Shown here piece by piece: positions 62,384-64,000 of a DNA stretch of 64,000 nucleotides; position 1 is the stretch's first letter, and the number at the start of each line of letters is the position of its first letter. Source of the DNA: a virus. The position numbers and the translations under genes were made by a program. Below the pieces are notes generated by a model. The model did no database searches. It was not told the origin of the DNA and was given only the letters and a program-made list of their open reading frames with translations. The stretch lies in the IMG/VR virus record IMGVR_UViG_3300045988_112906. The stretch is one strand, 5' to 3'.

Positions 62384-62629
62384 TTAAAAGTTCAAATTTT
62401 CTCTTTTCTTCCAGGCATCAAGCGTGGTTGGGAACTCCGGCTTTGTCTTGTGATAATGTCTGGATCGGCTTATCTTCCAATACACGTTGATATAGTTCCG
62501 GCATGGATTGCCAGTCTTAACACAACTGAAATCGCATAGTTTCTCACGCTTCTTGCCATACATGCATATAAACACTTCGCAGGATTCATGGCAAGCACCT
62601 TTCTTGCGAACATCTCTTCTTCTGCCCAT
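62384..62629 (-). CDS. Cys-rich basic small protein
   Basis: 81-aa ORF containing 8 Cys residues. Confidence 0.5.
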   Translation of the reverse strand: MGRRRDVRKKGACHESCEVFICMYGKKREKLCDFSCVKTGNPCRNYINVYWKISRSRHYHKTKPEFPTTLDAWKKRENLNF

Positions 62630-62711
62630 AAGCCTACAATTTATCTTTTATCTCGCTCAGCTGCGATATGATAACGCAAAGGGAGAGCATAATGAATACC
62701 TTGAACATAAC

Positions 62712-63272
62712 CTAGAACAATTTAGCTATACGTCTGAAATCCTCACCTTCGGGTACCGGACAATCCTTTATCCACTCCATTTCCTTCACCTTCCATAGTG
62801 AAAGGTCGATGTCCTTAGGCAGAAGAGCCTTCATGTCTGCGAAGAGGTTGAGACGGAGGGAGCAGTCAGGGTTGAAACCATTGTCGTTCCATCTGTATTT
62901 CTTATGTCTGAGCATAACATCGTTCATTTCAACGAACTTTACCACATCGAGCTTGCTGTGGAGCGTGAGACAGATTCCGTCGAAGTCATAGCTGCGATTG
63001 CGGAGTGTTCTGTAATCAACCCATGCCGTATAGAGGAAAAGTCTTGGTGCAGGGATTCCGAGCGTACGGAATACGTTTCTGATTCCGTGAGCAAGCCACA
63101 TTGTCTTTCCGTTGCAATCAAGCAGCAGCGGTTCTCCACCCGTGATACTAATCTCATCATAGTCCAATCTGTCAACTACCGGAATCTTCTCGAAGTCGAA
63201 CTGATTATTGCAGCACATTGGGCACTTGTTGTGACACTTTGCAGTCACCAGCAATCTAAGTTTCTTGTTCAT
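62712..63272 (-). CDS. Small radical SAM protein (similar in size to NrdG/QueE-type activases)
   Basis: CHNKCPMCCNN carries the CX3CX2C motif. ITGGEPLL is also present. Confidence 0.65.
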   Translation of the reverse strand: MNKKLRLLVTAKCHNKCPMCCNNQFDFEKIPVVDRLDYDEISITGGEPLLLDCNGKTMWLAHGIRNVFRTLGIPAPRLFLYTAWVDYRTLRNRSYDFDGICLTLHSKLDVVKFVEMNDVMLRHKKYRWNDNGFNPDCSLRLNLFADMKALLPKDIDLSLWKVKEMEWIKDCPVPEGEDFRRIAKLF

Positions 63273-63743
63273 AATCTATAATTTTAGTTCAATGTTCATT
63301 ATAGGGTACACCCCAGTCTTTTCCGCACTCCACTAGGAATTGAGGATTGACCGACTTGAAATTTGGTTTTATATAATTATATATTTACCTGCCTAAATGG
63401 CACCAAATATCAAAAGTCTTACCTAGATACAGAAAAGCCATTCCGCAAGCCTTCTTCATCCCAGTGTAAACCTTTCGGTCGTGCGTTGCCTGTTGAGACT
63501 GGTTGCTCAGAGCAGGGCTAGAGGGATATATCGTTCTAAGTTAGGGTCGTTTTATATATCGGCAGGTAAACCGAAGAGGACGATACTGATGAAACCTCGT
63601 ATGTCTTGCCAAAAAAACTCGGGGAAAATAAAAATCCCCAAGTCGTGTGACGCCGACCTAGGGATTTCGTGATTTATATATTGAACCTATTGAATCAGGT
63701 CTATATATCGAAGTTCTTGCATCAATCGTCACATTGACGAGTG

Positions 63744-63751
63744 CAAAAGTA
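63744..63751 (-). promoter_or_regulatory. -7 box (TACTTTTG) facing the early operon, overlapped by a palindrome
   Basis: The reverse complement of caaaagta. The palindrome TTGCA-N5-TCGTCA-CAT-TGACGA-N2-TGCAA spans 63716-63746. Confidence 0.4.
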
Positions 63752-63920
63752 CACAATCATAGACAAATATCCAAGCTTTTATACACTCTTTAACTGAGAA
63801 GGAATGTAAAAAGCTTGTATCTTGTTGGTTTTTAGCTACTTATAGCATTTTTCTTATTTTTAAAGCGTATAAATATCAAAGAAAACTACCTAAAAATTTG
63901 TGTTATAAAAAAGTTATCAT

Positions 63921-63930
63921 TATCTTTGCA
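63921..63930 (+). promoter_or_regulatory. -7 box 10-mer TATCTTTGCA (rightward, reading out of the window)
   Basis: TAnnTTTG match. Confidence 0.45.
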
Positions 63931-64000
63931 TTGGAAAAGGAAGTGTCTGAAACAGACTATGTTAGAAATTTTGTTGTATGACCCCTAAGGGTGTACCAAA

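Noticed and set aside
63303-63997. A 9-bp inverted repeat (GGTACACCC / GGGTGTACC) flanking the right-hand non-coding region, considered as possible element ends.
   Set aside because: A single 9-mer match across about 700 bp is expected by chance. There are no target-site duplications and no transposase.
1-64000. Genome-wide reassignment of TAG to an amino acid (the code-15-like recoding seen in some gut phages), as an explanation for the amber codon in the giant gene.
   Set aside because: TAG is used as the apparent terminator of more than 20 ORFs here. These include the capsid gene (TAG-TAA), two tail-fibre-module genes, the amidase, the spanin, recT, dut, ninG and many early genes. Recoded genomes avoid the reassigned codon as a stop. 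A local readthrough, suppression or mutation event remains possible and is reported as a finding.

Overview
The window is a dense segment of a tailed dsDNA phage or prophage. The host is probably Bacteroidota: TAnnTTTG -7 promoter boxes recur, often as the identical 10-mer TATCTTTGCA, and I saw no obvious Shine-Dalgarno signals. All functional calls come from reading motifs by eye; no searches were run.

Layout, left to right:
- 6-14948: one giant same-frame reading frame of about 4,980 codons. It encodes a polyvalent, DarB-like protein (ParB-like segment, SNF2 helicase, N6-adenine methyltransferase, zincin-like motif) and is interrupted by a single in-frame TAG at 7926.
- 14950-17100: a leftward three-gene moron (Bro-N antirepressor-like, secreted protein, membrane protein).
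- 17102-17956: an orphan, diverged copy of the giant gene's 3' end.
- 18033-21093: six leftward genes of unknown function.
- 21342-24416: a rightward MotA-like / MotB-OmpA-like / HNH operon matching type II Zorya (zorA-zorB-zorE).
- 24469-33055: leftward tail-fibre and head genes, including a metallophosphoesterase tail fibre, an 11-aa-repeat fibre, the major capsid protein and the scaffold.
- 33212-42436: rightward portal, large terminase and a 916-aa virion protein.
- 42518-46175: a compact rhomboid-like protease, then a lysis cassette (holin, amidase, unimolecular spanin) and a small HTH protein.
- 46269-63272: a long leftward early region of small genes, including YopX, an MBL nuclease, RecT, an SbcC-like ATPase, dUTPase, NinG, ASCH and a radical SAM protein. 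It is interrupted by a ~640-nt non-coding gap and a CI/Cro-like divergent pair.

Most notable observations:
- The amber codon splits the helicase core of the giant gene.
- The phage carries a Zorya II-like operon.
- A start-codon-embedded motif, TAGC(G/T)TATG, occurs at 14 gene starts and places several runs of small ORFs in a single frame.
- Three late promoters share the architecture ACGGAAACACGG-N22-box.
- The non-coding gap holds two tRNA-like genes with canonical acceptor and T arms but 25-40-nt anticodon loops.
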